A DNA stretch of 64,000 nucleotides from an uncultured Desulfatitalea sp. Lineage in GTDB: Bacteria; Desulfobacterota; Desulfobacteria; Desulfobacterales; Desulfosarcinaceae. The DNA is taken from NCBI GenBank assembly GCA_963668675.2, contig CAXXMB010000002.1, positions 2,080,001 to 2,144,000 on the forward strand, read 5' to 3'. The translations under genes were made by a program, and so were the position numbers. Below are positions 17,748 through 29,813 of this stretch, in pieces. Below the pieces are notes generated by a model. That model was not told the DNA's origin, searched no databases, and saw only the letters and a list, made by a program, of their open reading frames with translations. Each line of letters opens with the position of its first letter. The stretch's first letter is position 1.

Positions 17748-19787
17748 TTAAAAATGCCAAGTCGCCTTAAAATAGAATCCCCGTTCGATCTCCGAGGTCG
17801 ACAGATCGATGATCTCTGGATCGAACTCCTGGTGGGACGAATCGAACAGGTTCTGTCCGACAAGGGAGAATGCCCAGCTTGGTGTTGGCTGCCATCCGAT
17901 GCGCGCATCCATGTTCCAGTAGGCTGATACGGATTGGGTCGGCAGATCGTCCACGTAGCGCAGCCACAGATCCAGCTCGAATCCCTGGGGAAGATCAAGG
18001 GTCGACCGAAGCGAAACCTGATGGCGGGGAATGTCCCCCTCAGATAGCACAGCGGTTGTGTCGAGACTGCCCTCTTTGCGCTTCAAGTGCATCTTCAGGT
18101 AGGTATAGGCGCCCTGCAGGCGCCACCCATCCAGCGGAAAGTAGTCCACGGCAACTTCCAGTCCGTAGGTGTATCCCTCCATCAGGTTACCCGCCATATA
18201 TGGCGCCACCACGTGCGCCGGCGACCCATCCAGATATGGCGTTCCCGGTTCGATGGTCCTCAGGTGGTCGTATTGGTTATAGAAGAGCGCCAGATCCGCA
18301 GAGAAGCGTTCGTGGGGTTGGACCCGGTAACCCGCCTCGTATGCGATGAGGGTCTCGGAACGGAAATCGTCGTCTCCCTGAAAGGAGATCTCCGTGATAG
18401 GCGTGCCGGGGATCACTTGCTGAATCAGCTGCGTGTCATGCTCTGCCACACCGGGTGTCCTGACCGCCCTGGAAACTGCCGACCAGAAGGTGTTACGATC
18501 ATCGGCCCGCCAGAGCATTCGGATGTTGGGTTGAATCTCGAATCCGGTGTAATCGTTGTTCTCGAACTTGCTGCCAATCGTGAGAGAAAGACGCTCGGGC
18601 AGCAGGGTGATGTCATCCTGGACAAAAAAGCTGAAAAGCTGATCGCGACGATCGTCGTCGTCAAATTGCACCGCTTCAGTGGTATCGAGATCCCCGCGCG
18701 TCAAGCGATAGCCAAGTCCCCATAACAACTCCTGACGGCGACCCAGGCCAAACCGGTGCTGGAAGTCCACGTCAACGGTATCCCGCGTCTCGCCAAAGAT
18801 ATAGTACTCCCTTTCGGTTCGGTCATAGAAGACCTGAAACGCCAGATCGGAGGAGGAAGAGAGCCACCGATTCCAGCGGCCCAGGAGATTGCCACCGGAG
18901 ACCTGGGAAGCTTCGATGATCGGTATGAGATAGGGCGGCGACAAGGAAAAGGCGGTCCCCTCATTGCCCACTTCTCCGTCGTAGAGATCGCCCTGTACCG
19001 TCAACTCGTCACGATCCGACATCTGCCAGTCGATGCGCCCCCCGCCGCGTGCGATGTCCCATCCGTCATGAGCTTCACCGCCCTGCAGATTCTGGCTGTT
19101 GTCCCGGTCGAAATATTTTACATAGGCACGATAGTGGGCCGCATCTCCGATTGCACCGCCGTAACGCAGGGCTCCGAACCCTCTCTCCTCGGTACCTATG
19201 CCACCGGAGACCATGCCGCCCTGGGTCTGCGATGCCGGGCGGGTGATGATGTTGATGACGCCGTTGACGGCATTGGCCCCCCACAGGCTGGCACCCGGGC
19301 CACGGATCACCTCGATGCGGTCCACATCTTCGAGCAGCGTATCCTGCACATCCCAGTAGACGCCTGAATAGATCGGACTATAGACGCTACGCCCGTCCAT
19401 CAACACCAGCAGCTTGTTGGCGAACCGCCCGTTGAATCCACGGGCGGTGATGGCCCAAGCATTGGCCGAGATACGCGCCACCTCGAGCCCCGGCACCATG
19501 CGCAGGGCCTCGGGAATCGAAGTTACGCCCGAACGACGAATGTCTTCGGCTGAGATGACGAATACTGCTGCGGTGCTATCGGTCAGGCGCTGGGCCTTGC
19601 GGGAAACGGTGGTGACCTCCACCGACATCAGGTCCTCGATACTCAGCTCTGTAAGATCTTTAGCGGCCACGGGCCGTGCATGGGCCGCAGGGATGACCAT
19701 CACTGCCAAAACCCAGGCCAGGCTGACCATGAATCTTGATCTCAGCACCGGCCGCCAGGGGTGCCTCTTCCATCGAATAGAATACAT
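17748..19787 (-). CDS. TonB-dependent receptor
   Basis: Signal peptide, plug motifs (EDIRRSG, LRMVPG, RIEVIRGPGASLWGANAVNGVINIIT), NLFD, terminal Phe. Start placed after the AAGGA RBS. Confidence 0.94.
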   Translation of the reverse strand: MYSIRWKRHPWRPVLRSRFMVSLAWVLAVMVIPAAHARPVAAKDLTELSIEDLMSVEVTTVSRKAQRLTDSTAAVFVISAEDIRRSGVTSIPEALRMVPGLEVARISANAWAITARGFNGRFANKLLVLMDGRSVYSPIYSGVYWDVQDTLLEDVDRIEVIRGPGASLWGANAVNGVINIITRPASQTQGGMVSGGIGTEERGFGALRYGGAIGDAAHYRAYVKYFDRDNSQNLQGGEAHDGWDIARGGGRIDWQMSDRDELTVQGDLYDGEVGNEGTAFSLSPPYLIPIIEASQVSGGNLLGRWNRWLSSSSDLAFQVFYDRTEREYYIFGETRDTVDVDFQHRFGLGRRQELLWGLGYRLTRGDLDTTEAVQFDDDDRRDQLFSFFVQDDITLLPERLSLTIGSKFENNDYTGFEIQPNIRMLWRADDRNTFWSAVSRAVRTPGVAEHDTQLIQQVIPGTPITEISFQGDDDFRSETLIAYEAGYRVQPHERFSADLALFYNQYDHLRTIEPGTPYLDGSPAHVVAPYMAGNLMEGYTYGLEVAVDYFPLDGWRLQGAYTYLKMHLKRKEGSLDTTAVLSEGDIPRHQVSLRSTLDLPQGFELDLWLRYVDDLPTQSVSAYWNMDARIGWQPTPSWAFSLVGQNLFDSSHQEFDPEIIDLSTSEIERGFYFKATWHF

Positions 19788-19984
19788 CTCAGATTCCTTA
19801 TTCAAAAACAAAAGGTCCGCTATAGATCGAACCGCCCCGGTACCCGGGCCGCACGGACCAGAATAGATCGAATACCGCTATGTTTATTTCGGTATCAGAG
19901 GGCCGTTTCATGAGGAAAAAGTGAGAAAACAGGCGGGTGTGACCGTAGCGCAGGGGTGGCCGCCATCTTGGCCGGGTGGCAATA

Positions 19985-21154
19985 TCACCCCTGCCGGCGC
20001 ACGTATGCTTCCAGGCGGTCCAGCCCTTCGCGAATGTTCTCCAGCGAGTTGGCGTATGAGAAGCGCAGAAACCCCTCGCCGCCGGCGCCGAAATCGATCC
20101 CGGGGGTGACCCCGACGTGGGCCTTCTCCAGGATGTCGAACGCCAGCGCGTAAGAGTCTTCGGAGAGGTGTTTTGCGTTGACGAAAACGTAGAATGCGCC
20201 GGTCGGTTCAGCCGGAAGGTTGAAGCCGATCTCCTTGAGACGCCGGATCATGAAACGCCGCCGCTCGTCATAGGTGGCCACCATGCGGGCTACATCCGCA
20301 CCGGCCTGGGTCAGGGCGGCAATGCCGGCCTTCTGCACCGCCGCGTTGGCGGAGATGTAGAAGTTCTGGTGGATCTTCTGAATCGAACGGACGAACGGTT
20401 TGGGGGCGATGAGATAGCCCAGCCGCAGCCCGGTCATGGCGTAGAGTTTGGAAAAGCCGTTGAACACAAAAGCGCGGTCGCTGAATTCGAGAATCGAGTG
20501 CGCCTTCCCCTCGTATACCAGGCCATGGTAGATCTCGTCGGAGAGTACATAGGGCCCCATACCGGCAATGGCCTCCATGCGCTCTGCCGAAAGCAGGGTG
20601 CCGGTGGGGTTGGCCGGTGAATTGATGAAGATGCCCCTCGTCCGCGGCGTCAGTCGCTCCTGGATCGCTTCGGGGCGCAGTTGGAAGCCATCCTCTTCGC
20701 ATACCCGCACGCTGGTGCAGCGTGCATCGAGGAAGTTGACAAAGTTGGGGTAGCAGGCGTAGTGGGGATCGGAGAGAACCACCTCATCCCCGGCCTCGAG
20801 CAGGGCCGCGCACGCCATGAAAATGGCCGGCGAACTGCCGGCCGTGACGATGACCTGGTCCGGATCGACCGACACGCCATACTTTTCCATATAGTCGGCG
20901 CAGATCGCCTCGCGCAGCGGCCGGATGCCCAGGCTGTGGGTGTAGTGGGTGAAGCCGTCGGCCATGGCCCGGCAGACCGCCTCGGTCACACAGGTTGGGG
21001 TATCGAAATCGGGCTCGCCCACTTCCAGATGAACGATGTCGATGCCCCGGGCCGCCATCTCGCCGGCCTTCTCCAGGACATCCATCACGATGAAGGATGT
21101 CAACTCACGAGCACGCTTGGCGCCCTTGGTTTCGTCTCCTGCCAACGGTTTCAT
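19985..21154 (-). CDS. PLP-dependent class I/II aminotransferase (aspartate aminotransferase-like)
   Basis: GEPDF, INSPANPTG, SDEIY, GFSKLYAMTGLRLG, LRFSYA. Confidence 0.93.
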   Translation of the reverse strand: MKPLAGDETKGAKRARELTSFIVMDVLEKAGEMAARGIDIVHLEVGEPDFDTPTCVTEAVCRAMADGFTHYTHSLGIRPLREAICADYMEKYGVSVDPDQVIVTAGSSPAIFMACAALLEAGDEVVLSDPHYACYPNFVNFLDARCTSVRVCEEDGFQLRPEAIQERLTPRTRGIFINSPANPTGTLLSAERMEAIAGMGPYVLSDEIYHGLVYEGKAHSILEFSDRAFVFNGFSKLYAMTGLRLGYLIAPKPFVRSIQKIHQNFYISANAAVQKAGIAALTQAGADVARMVATYDERRRFMIRRLKEIGFNLPAEPTGAFYVFVNAKHLSEDSYALAFDILEKAHVGVTPGIDFGAGGEGFLRFSYANSLENIREGLDRLEAYVRRQG

Positions 21155-21199
21155 TCTGCCCCCCCTTGCCGGCCGATGCGTAGGCCGCAGGGCCAACGC

Positions 21200-22075
21200 C
21201 TAAACCACCTTGTTCAATGGATACTCGAGAATCCCCTCTGCGCCGTTCTTGAGCAGTGTGGGAATCAGCTCGCGCACCACATGGGTCTCCACCACGCTCT
21301 CCACGGCGAACCATTCGGACTGATAGAGCGGCGAAACGGTGGGCGCGTTGAGACTGGGCAAGAGCCCCACCACCGTCTCCAGATTCTCTTTGGAGACATT
21401 CATCTTCAAGCCCACCAGTTTCTCGCCGAGCAGAGCCCCCTTCAGCAGCAGTGCGATCTGCTCGATCTTCTCCCGCTTGGCCGGATCTTTCCACGCCTCA
21501 TGGTTGACGATGAGCTGGGTGTTGGTCTGCATCAGCTCGTAGATGATGCGCAGGCCGTGCGCCTTGATCGTACTGCCGGTTTCGGTCACCTCCACGATGG
21601 CGTCGGCCAGGCCGGAGACCACCTTGGCCTCGGTGGCGCCCCAGGAGAACTCCACCGACACGTCGATGTTGCGCTCTTTGAAAAACCGTTCGGTGTAGCC
21701 CACCAGTTCGGTGGCGATCTTCTTGCCGGCCAGATCTTCCAGCTGTTTGACGTCCGAATCGTACGGAACGGCCAGCACCCATCGCGCAGGGCGCGAACTC
21801 ACCTTTGAGTAGACCAGATCATCGACCACATGCACATCCGACTGGTTCTCGGCGATCCAGTCCTTGCCGGTCAGACCGGCATCCAGGGTGCCGCTCTCCA
21901 CATAGCGGGACATCTCCTGGGCGCGGCAGATGGCGCAGTCGATGGTGTCGTCGTTGATTTCGGGAAAATAGCTGCGTCCGTTCACATTGATGGTCCAGCC
22001 GGAACGCTTAAAAAGCGCAATGGTGGCATTTTGCAAGCTGCCTTTGGGAACACCGAGTTTGAGCGGTAGCGTCAT
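21200..22075 (-). CDS. hisG: ATP phosphoribosyltransferase, long form
   Basis: [31 protein letters not shown]-terminal regulatory domain. Confidence 0.97.
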   Translation of the reverse strand: MTLPLKLGVPKGSLQNATIALFKRSGWTINVNGRSYFPEINDDTIDCAICRAQEMSRYVESGTLDAGLTGKDWIAENQSDVHVVDDLVYSKVSSRPARWVLAVPYDSDVKQLEDLAGKKIATELVGYTERFFKERNIDVSVEFSWGATEAKVVSGLADAIVEVTETGSTIKAHGLRIIYELMQTNTQLIVNHEAWKDPAKREKIEQIALLLKGALLGEKLVGLKMNVSKENLETVVGLLPSLNAPTVSPLYQSEWFAVESVVETHVVRELIPTLLKNGAEGILEYPLNKVV

Positions 22076-22456
22076 TTATTTGTAGACCTCCTTGGGGTCG
22101 AACACCGGTTCGCCGACCACCTCGACATTTTGATTTTCATCCACACGCTTGAAAAAACAGCTTCGATGGCCTGTGTGGCAAGCCGCGCCGCCCACCTGCT
22201 CGACCTTGAGCACCACGGTATCGTCATCGCAATCGATGCGAATCTCCTTGACCAGCTGCACATTTCCGGAGGTCAACCCTTTGGTCCACAAGGTGTTTCG
22301 CGTACGGCTGTAAAAGGTGGCCTTACCGATGCGCAGCGTGGTCTCCCACGCCTCCGGGTTCATGAAGCCGACCATGAGCACCTCACCGGTCTCATGGTCC
22401 TGGACCACCGCCGGTACCAAGCCGCCCATTTTTTCGAAATCGAGTTTGGCCTTCAT
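22076..22456 (-). CDS. hisI: Phosphoribosyl-AMP cyclohydrolase
   Basis: [40 protein letters not shown] before ATG 22456. Confidence 0.97.
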   Translation of the reverse strand: MKAKLDFEKMGGLVPAVVQDHETGEVLMVGFMNPEAWETTLRIGKATFYSRTRNTLWTKGLTSGNVQLVKEIRIDCDDDTVVLKVEQVGGAACHTGHRSCFFKRVDENQNVEVVGEPVFDPKEVYK

Positions 22457-22764
22457 GGCATAACTCCTTATGTTCTTGAAACTTTGGCCTTTCATAAGCA
22501 ATACAATAAAAAGAGATCAAGTACCGATTATTCTTGGCCGAGTCAAATTTTTTTTCAGTTGCCTGGGCGTTTGAGGCTGGCTAGAGATGGAAAAGGGGTG
22601 AATATGCCTCGACAACCGGCGCCATGGTGCCAGTGCGCTAACAGCTTGCTGTGTTCCGGCTTTTTTGATAAGTTCAATGAATTTCACATCGTACCGGAAG
22701 GCGACCCCATTTGGAACAGCTACGGCAACGCCGGCGTCCAAAAGGGTCGAGCAGGTCAAACAAC

Positions 22765-25170
22765 ATGGCAAAACCCGTCACCACCTCGCAAATACTAAAA
22801 AAGCGTGCCCGCAAGCAAAACGGCAACACCTGGTCCAAAATCATCAAATGGTCCCTCTGGTCGGTGCTGCTTCTCATGCTGCTGGCTGGTGCCGCCACTA
22901 TCGGCGTCTTTTTCTATCTGAGCAGGGATCTGCCCAAAATCAGCACCCTCAAGGACTATCACCCCTCGATCATCACCACGGTCTATTCGGACGACAACCG
23001 TAAAATCGCCGAGTTCTACCGCGAACGGCGCATCGTCGTCCCCCTGGAGGAGATACCGCTGCAACTGCGCCAGGCCTTCATCAGCGCAGAGGATGCCCGC
23101 TTCTATAAACACCAGGGCATCGACGTCTTCAGCATCGTGCGTGCCTTCTTCAAAAACCTGGAGGCGGGCACCATCGTCCAGGGCGGCAGCACCATCACCC
23201 AGCAGGTGACCAAGAGCTTCCTGCTGACCCCGGAGCGCAGCTACGAGCGCAAGATCAAAGAGGCCCTGCTGGCCTACCAGATCGACAAGGCCTTCAAAAA
23301 AGACGAAATCCTCTACCTCTACCTCAATCAGATCTACCTGGGCCACGGCGCCTATGGGGTCGAGGCAGCCGCCGAAAACTACTTCGGAAAGCACTCCAAA
23401 GACCTCAACCTGGCCGAGTGCGCCATGTTGGCCGGTCTGCCCCAGGCCCCCAGCCGCTACTCCCCGTTTCACTACCCCGAACGCGCCAAACAGCGCCAGA
23501 TCTATGTACTCAACCGCATGGTCGACGAAGGCTACATCTCCCAGATCGATGCCTCCGAAGCCATGGCCATCAAGCTGGACATCCATCCGCGCCGCAACTG
23601 GTACCTGGAAAAGGTGCCGGTCTACACCGAGGACATTCGCCGCTACGTCGAAAAGAAGTACGGAGAAGACGCCCTCTACGGTCAGGGGCTGAAAATCTAT
23701 GCGGCCGTCAACATCGAGATGCAGAAAGCGGCCCGGGAAGAGATCCAGAAAGGGCTCAAGGAGCTGGACCGTCGCGAAGGCTACCGCGGACCGCTGGAAA
23801 AATTGCCCCAGGATCAAATCGAGGCCTTCTCCCAGGAGCTGCTCAAAGCGTTTGCCGAGACGCCTCCGGAGGAAGGCGGCACTGTCCGCGGTGTGGTGAT
23901 CGATGTGGACGACAAGGACGGCCGCGTAACGGTCCGAATGGGGGATCAACGCGGCGTCATTTCATTGGAAGAGATGCGGTGGGCGCGTAAGCCCAATCCG
24001 AATGTGGCCTACTATGCTGCCCGCATCCGGCGCCCGAGTCAGGCCCTTGCCGTGGGAGACGTGATCCTGGTCGAGCTGCTCGAACACGATGAGAAAGCCG
24101 ACCTCTGGAAATTGGCCCTCGATCAGGCCCCCGAGGTTCAATCGGCACTGATGTGTATCGAGGCCGGCACCGGACTGGTCAAGGTGATGGTGGGCGGCCG
24201 CGACTTCATGGAGAGCCAGTTCAACCGGGCCACCCAATCGCGGCGCCAACCCGGATCGGCCTTCAAGCCGATCATCTACGCAGCAGCGCTGGACAAAGGC
24301 TATACACCGGCCACCACCATCATCGATTCCCCCATCGTCTTCAAGGACGTGGAGCACGACTTTACCTGGAAACCCAAAAATTACGGCAAGAAGTTCTACG
24401 GCCCCACCCTGCTTCGCGAGGCGCTGGCCAAATCGCGCAACGTCGTCACCATCAAGATCATGCAGGACATCGGCATCGAATATGTGATCGACTATGCCCG
24501 CAAACTGGGCGTCGAGTCCGATCTGAGCCGCGACCTCTCGATCGCACTGGGGTCATCGGGGATCTCCCTGCTGGAGATCGTCCAGGCCTATTCGGTCTTC
24601 GCTAACCAGGGCTATCGGGTGGAGCCGGCCTTCATCACCAAGATCGAAGACCGTTTCGGCAATGTCTTGGAAGAGATGAATCCCATTCGAAAGCAGGTCG
24701 TCGAACCGAGCACCGCCTACATCATGACCAGCCTGCTCGAAGGCGTGGTCAAATACGGTACCGGCCAGCGGGTGAGGGTGCTCAAGCGACCGGTGGCCGG
24801 CAAGACCGGCACCACGAACAATCTCTTCGATGCCTGGTTCGTCGGCTACACCCCGCGCTTTATCACCGGCGTCTGGGTCGGCTACGACCAGGAGCGCTCC
24901 CTGGGAAAAGGCGAAACCGGCTCGAGGGCCGCCAGCCCCATTTGGCTCGGCTTCATGCAGCAGATTCTGAAAAAGGAGCCGGTGCGCATCTTCCAGGTGC
25001 CCGAAGGGGTGGTTTTCGCCAAAATCGATGCCGATACCGGCCTGCTGCCCATACCGGAATCCAAGCACACCATTTTCGAGTGCTTCAAGGAGGGGACCGT
25101 ACCGACCGAGTACACCGCCAAACCGGGCACCGTGACCGAACCGGACCAGTTCTTCAAGCAAGATATGTAA
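22765..25170 (+). CDS. mrcA: Penicillin-binding protein 1A
   Basis: EDARFYKHQG, QGGSTITQQ, RKIKE transglycosylase motifs; SAFK, SRN, KTG transpeptidase motifs; OB insert. Confidence 0.95.
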   Translation: MAKPVTTSQILKKRARKQNGNTWSKIIKWSLWSVLLLMLLAGAATIGVFFYLSRDLPKISTLKDYHPSIITTVYSDDNRKIAEFYRERRIVVPLEEIPLQLRQAFISAEDARFYKHQGIDVFSIVRAFFKNLEAGTIVQGGSTITQQVTKSFLLTPERSYERKIKEALLAYQIDKAFKKDEILYLYLNQIYLGHGAYGVEAAAENYFGKHSKDLNLAECAMLAGLPQAPSRYSPFHYPERAKQRQIYVLNRMVDEGYISQIDASEAMAIKLDIHPRRNWYLEKVPVYTEDIRRYVEKKYGEDALYGQGLKIYAAVNIEMQKAAREEIQKGLKELDRREGYRGPLEKLPQDQIEAFSQELLKAFAETPPEEGGTVRGVVIDVDDKDGRVTVRMGDQRGVISLEEMRWARKPNPNVAYYAARIRRPSQALAVGDVILVELLEHDEKADLWKLALDQAPEVQSALMCIEAGTGLVKVMVGGRDFMESQFNRATQSRRQPGSAFKPIIYAAALDKGYTPATTIIDSPIVFKDVEHDFTWKPKNYGKKFYGPTLLREALAKSRNVVTIKIMQDIGIEYVIDYARKLGVESDLSRDLSIALGSSGISLLEIVQAYSVFANQGYRVEPAFITKIEDRFGNVLEEMNPIRKQVVEPSTAYIMTSLLEGVVKYGTGQRVRVLKRPVAGKTGTTNNLFDAWFVGYTPRFITGVWVGYDQERSLGKGETGSRAASPIWLGFMQQILKKEPVRIFQVPEGVVFAKIDADTGLLPIPESKHTIFECFKEGTVPTEYTAKPGTVTEPDQFFKQDM

Positions 25171-25179
25171 ATACAGCCT

Positions 25180-27648
25180 ATGGGCCTCCGCCATATCCTC
25201 ATGGTTCTATCCCTGTTGGCCTTTCTGTCGGCTACGGCCGGCGGTGTCCTCTACTACTCGGCCCTGCGGCAGGCGGCCTTCACCGAGGCCGAGCACCAGG
25301 CGGCCGCCCGCACCGAACTGCTCCACAAGAGCCTCAATTCATTCCTCTCCGAACACCACAACACGGTGGTGACCCTGGCCGGCATGCCGGGCCTGCAAGA
25401 GGCGTTGCTGGTCGATACGCCCGATGCCCTCTACCGCGGCAATGTGATCCTCGATCACTTTGCCGCCACCCTCGATGCCGATGTCTGCTACCTGATGAAT
25501 CGCGCTGGTATCACCATCGCCTCGAGCAATCGCAAAGATCCGGACAGCTTTATCAGCCAGAATTTCGCCTTCCGCCCCTATTTTAAACAGGCCCTCAGAG
25601 GGTCCCACGGCACCTATCTGGCCCTGGGGACCACCTCGGGCAAGCGCGGCGTCTATCACAGCTATCCGGTCTACTCCGATCCCGAAGAGCAGCCTATCGG
25701 CGTTGCGGTGATCAAATCTTCCATCGAACGCACCGAACGCGATCTGGGCCTGCCCACCGACGACATTGTTCTGGTCACCAACGCCATGGGCGTGATCTTT
25801 ATCGCCAACCGCCCCGAGTGGCTCTTTCAACTCGCCTGGGAACTCAACCCCGGGCAGCTGAGCGAACTCAGGCGTATGCGGCAATTCGGCCCCGGCCCAT
25901 GGCGCTGGATCGGCCTCAGCGCAACCGACGACGACCATGTGACCGACAGCAAGGGACGGCGCTATCTGATCCGTCGTTCGGACATCGAACGCTTTCCCGG
26001 CTGGAAGATTCTCTATCTGCGCAACACGCAGCTTATCGCCCAAGCCCTCTCCGGGCCGCTGATGAGCGTCGTCCGACCGGTGGCTGTGCTGCTGTCGGTG
26101 CTGATCGGGCTATCGGTGCTGGTGCTCTATCAAAAGGCCAGTCGTGAAATCCTGCGCCGGCGCAACGCCGAGCAGGCCCTGCGCCACAGTGAAACACGCT
26201 ACCGCGCCCTCTATCACCACACGCCCGCCATGCTCCACTCCATCGATCTCCGGGGCAACCTGCTCAGCGTAAGTGATTTCTGGGTGGAGACCACCGGGTA
26301 CACACGAGAAGAGGCCCTCGGCCGACCGTTGACCGACTTTTTAAGCTCCGAATCGAAACACCAGGCCGAAACCGTCATCTTACCGCAATTTTTCGAATAC
26401 GGTTTTGTCAAAGACATTCCCTACACCATGGTCAAAAAGAGCGGCGAAACCATGGAGGTGCTGATCTCGGCCATTGCCGATCGCGGCCCGGACGGCAACA
26501 TTCAGCGCTCTTTGGCCGTCTCGATCGATGTGACCGAGCGTAACCGGGCCGAAGCCGCCCTGCGCATCGCCAAAGAGGAGCTGAGCCACTACTCCAAGGA
26601 GCTGGAGCAGCAAGTGCGCAAGCGCACCAGCGAAATCACGGCCATCCTCCAGTACACACCTGCGGTGGTCTATATGAAGGATGCCCAGGGGCGTTACCTT
26701 TTGGTCAATTCGCGCTTCGAAAAACTTTTCAATGTGGCCAACGCCGATGTGCGCGGCAAAACCGACGGAGATCTTCTGCCCGAAGAGGTGGCTCTCCAGT
26801 TCAGCGCAAACGATGAATGGGTTTTGAGCGAAGGCGACTCGCTGCACGTTGAGGAGCGAATTCCCCTGCCCGAAGGCCGCCACACCTACCTTTCGGTCAA
26901 GTTTCCCATCTATGGGGCCTCGGGCGTAATCCAAGGGGTCTGTGGCATCGCCACCGACATCACCGCCCTTAAGAATGCCCAGGAGCAGTTGCGGCAGCTC
27001 TCCGGGTCAATCATGGCCAACCAGGAGAAGGAGCGGGCCCTCATCGCCAGGGAGTTGCACGACGAGCTGGGCCAGCTGCTAACGGCGCTGCGCATGGACG
27101 CCGTGTGGCTGCAGAAGCACCTCGCATCCACCGACACCAAGGCGGCGGATCGGGCCGAAGCCATCTGTTCGTTGGTCGACACCACCATCGAAGAGGTGCG
27201 CGCCATGTCCATCCGGTTGCGCCCGGGCGTACTAGACGATTTGGGCCTGGTCGAAGCGCTTGATTGGTATACGACAGAGTTTGAACGGTGGGCCGAAATC
27301 GCCTGCTTCTTCAAGCACGGCACCATCCCACCCGTGACGGATGCCATCGCCACCGCCGCCTACCGCATCGCCCAGGAGGCGCTCACCAACGTCGCCCGGC
27401 ATGCCAACGCCAACCGGGCCGAGGTGGCGCTGCACATGGCAAAAGAGAGCCTGGTGCTCAACGTCTCGGATGACGGGAGGGGATTCAACCCCGAGACCCT
27501 CTCCGAGACACGCATGCTCGGATTGGCCGGCATGCGCGAACGGGCCTCCCTGACGGGCGGCCGCCTCGATGTGACCTCGGTGCCGGGCCGGGGCACATCG
27601 GTCCGGTTTCAAGTGCAACTATCCGAACGGTATGGAGACGAGCTATGA
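25180..27648 (+). CDS. Sensor histidine kinase (DctB-like dCache, 2 PAS, HisKA_3)
   Basis: NFAFRPYF and GTTSGKRG in the periplasmic domain; ERALIARELHDELGQ, QEALTNVARHA, DDGRG, GLAGMRER. Confidence 0.92.
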   Translation: MGLRHILMVLSLLAFLSATAGGVLYYSALRQAAFTEAEHQAAARTELLHKSLNSFLSEHHNTVVTLAGMPGLQEALLVDTPDALYRGNVILDHFAATLDADVCYLMNRAGITIASSNRKDPDSFISQNFAFRPYFKQALRGSHGTYLALGTTSGKRGVYHSYPVYSDPEEQPIGVAVIKSSIERTERDLGLPTDDIVLVTNAMGVIFIANRPEWLFQLAWELNPGQLSELRRMRQFGPGPWRWIGLSATDDDHVTDSKGRRYLIRRSDIERFPGWKILYLRNTQLIAQALSGPLMSVVRPVAVLLSVLIGLSVLVLYQKASREILRRRNAEQALRHSETRYRALYHHTPAMLHSIDLRGNLLSVSDFWVETTGYTREEALGRPLTDFLSSESKHQAETVILPQFFEYGFVKDIPYTMVKKSGETMEVLISAIADRGPDGNIQRSLAVSIDVTERNRAEAALRIAKEELSHYSKELEQQVRKRTSEITAILQYTPAVVYMKDAQGRYLLVNSRFEKLFNVANADVRGKTDGDLLPEEVALQFSANDEWVLSEGDSLHVEERIPLPEGRHTYLSVKFPIYGASGVIQGVCGIATDITALKNAQEQLRQLSGSIMANQEKERALIARELHDELGQLLTALRMDAVWLQKHLASTDTKAADRAEAICSLVDTTIEEVRAMSIRLRPGVLDDLGLVEALDWYTTEFERWAEIACFFKHGTIPPVTDAIATAAYRIAQEALTNVARHANANRAEVALHMAKESLVLNVSDDGRGFNPETLSETRMLGLAGMRERASLTGGRLDVTSVPGRGTSVRFQVQLSERYGDEL

Positions 27649-28283
27649 TCAAAGTACTTCTGGCCGACGACCACAGCATTGTCCGCGCCGGACTGCGCCG
27701 CCTGGTCGAAGAGAGCGGCGATATGGAAGTGGTGGCCGAAGCCTCGGACGGCAGCGAAGCGATCCATAAGATCCGCGAGGATCGACCCGATGTTGCCGTC
27801 ATCGACCTCTCCATGCCCCAAATCGACGGCCTTGAGGTGATCAACCGCATCCATCCCGAATTCCCCGACCTGCCGATCATCGTCCTCACCATGCATGCCG
27901 AGAACCAGTATGTGGTGCGCGCCATCGAAGCCGGCGCCATGGGTTACATCACCAAGCAGTCGGCCCCCGAACAACTGGTCAAAGCGATCCGCAAAGTGAT
28001 GGGAGGCGCGCGCTACCTGACCGACGACGCCGCCGAATCGTTGGCACTGAGGGTCTCCAAAGGGGGTCGCGGCAGCGCCGGACTGGACGACCTCTCCACC
28101 CGGGAACTGCAGGTGCTGCGTCGCCTGGCCTTGGGGCACACCAACCGCGAAATCGCCGAAACCTACCACATCAGCATCAAAACCGTGGACACCTACCGCT
28201 TCCGGCTGCTCAAGAAGCTCAACCTGCGCAACAATGCCGAACTGTCACGTTTTGCCATCCAGAATGGGTTGATTGAGCCGTAG
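27645..28283 (+). CDS. NarL/LuxR-family response regulator
   Basis: LADDH, IDLSMP, LSTRELQVL, ISIKTVDTY; ATGA overlap with the kinase. Confidence 0.95.
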   Translation: MIKVLLADDHSIVRAGLRRLVEESGDMEVVAEASDGSEAIHKIREDRPDVAVIDLSMPQIDGLEVINRIHPEFPDLPIIVLTMHAENQYVVRAIEAGAMGYITKQSAPEQLVKAIRKVMGGARYLTDDAAESLALRVSKGGRGSAGLDDLSTRELQVLRRLALGHTNREIAETYHISIKTVDTYRFRLLKKLNLRNNAELSRFAIQNGLIEP

Positions 28284-28340
28284 GCGAGTAAGTGTTATCG
28301 AATGGTGGTCGGCAGTCCATTTGATGCTCCGATAACGGCA

Positions 28341-28372
28341 CCGCAGGGGCACGATGCATCGTGCCCCTGCGG
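28341..28372. repeat. REP-like perfect 32-bp palindrome
   Basis: CCGCAGGGGCACGATGCATCGTGCCCCTGCGG has GYAGGGGC...GCCCCTRC ends like the REP units at 33038 and 39240. Confidence 0.75.
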
Positions 28373-28609
28373 ATATGTTCGGATCTGATTTATACGTGTG
28401 ATTACGCTGGCGAGGGTGAAAAGAACGCTTGCATTGCGCGCATGGGGCCCGTAAAAAGGGCTTTCCATATTCAGAAAGGCTTCCAAGGCATATCCGGCAA
28501 CCTCCCCGACGGGGATCGCGCGGCAAGATGCGAACCGGCCGATATTGAAGCGGGACCACCACTTCCCTCTTCAGCCTTCAGCCTAAACAATCACAAAGGA
28601 GAGGACGTT

Positions 28610-29785
<1,176 letters not shown>

Positions 29786-29813
29786 ATCGAAAACGAAGAA
29801 AAGGAGTAAGCGG

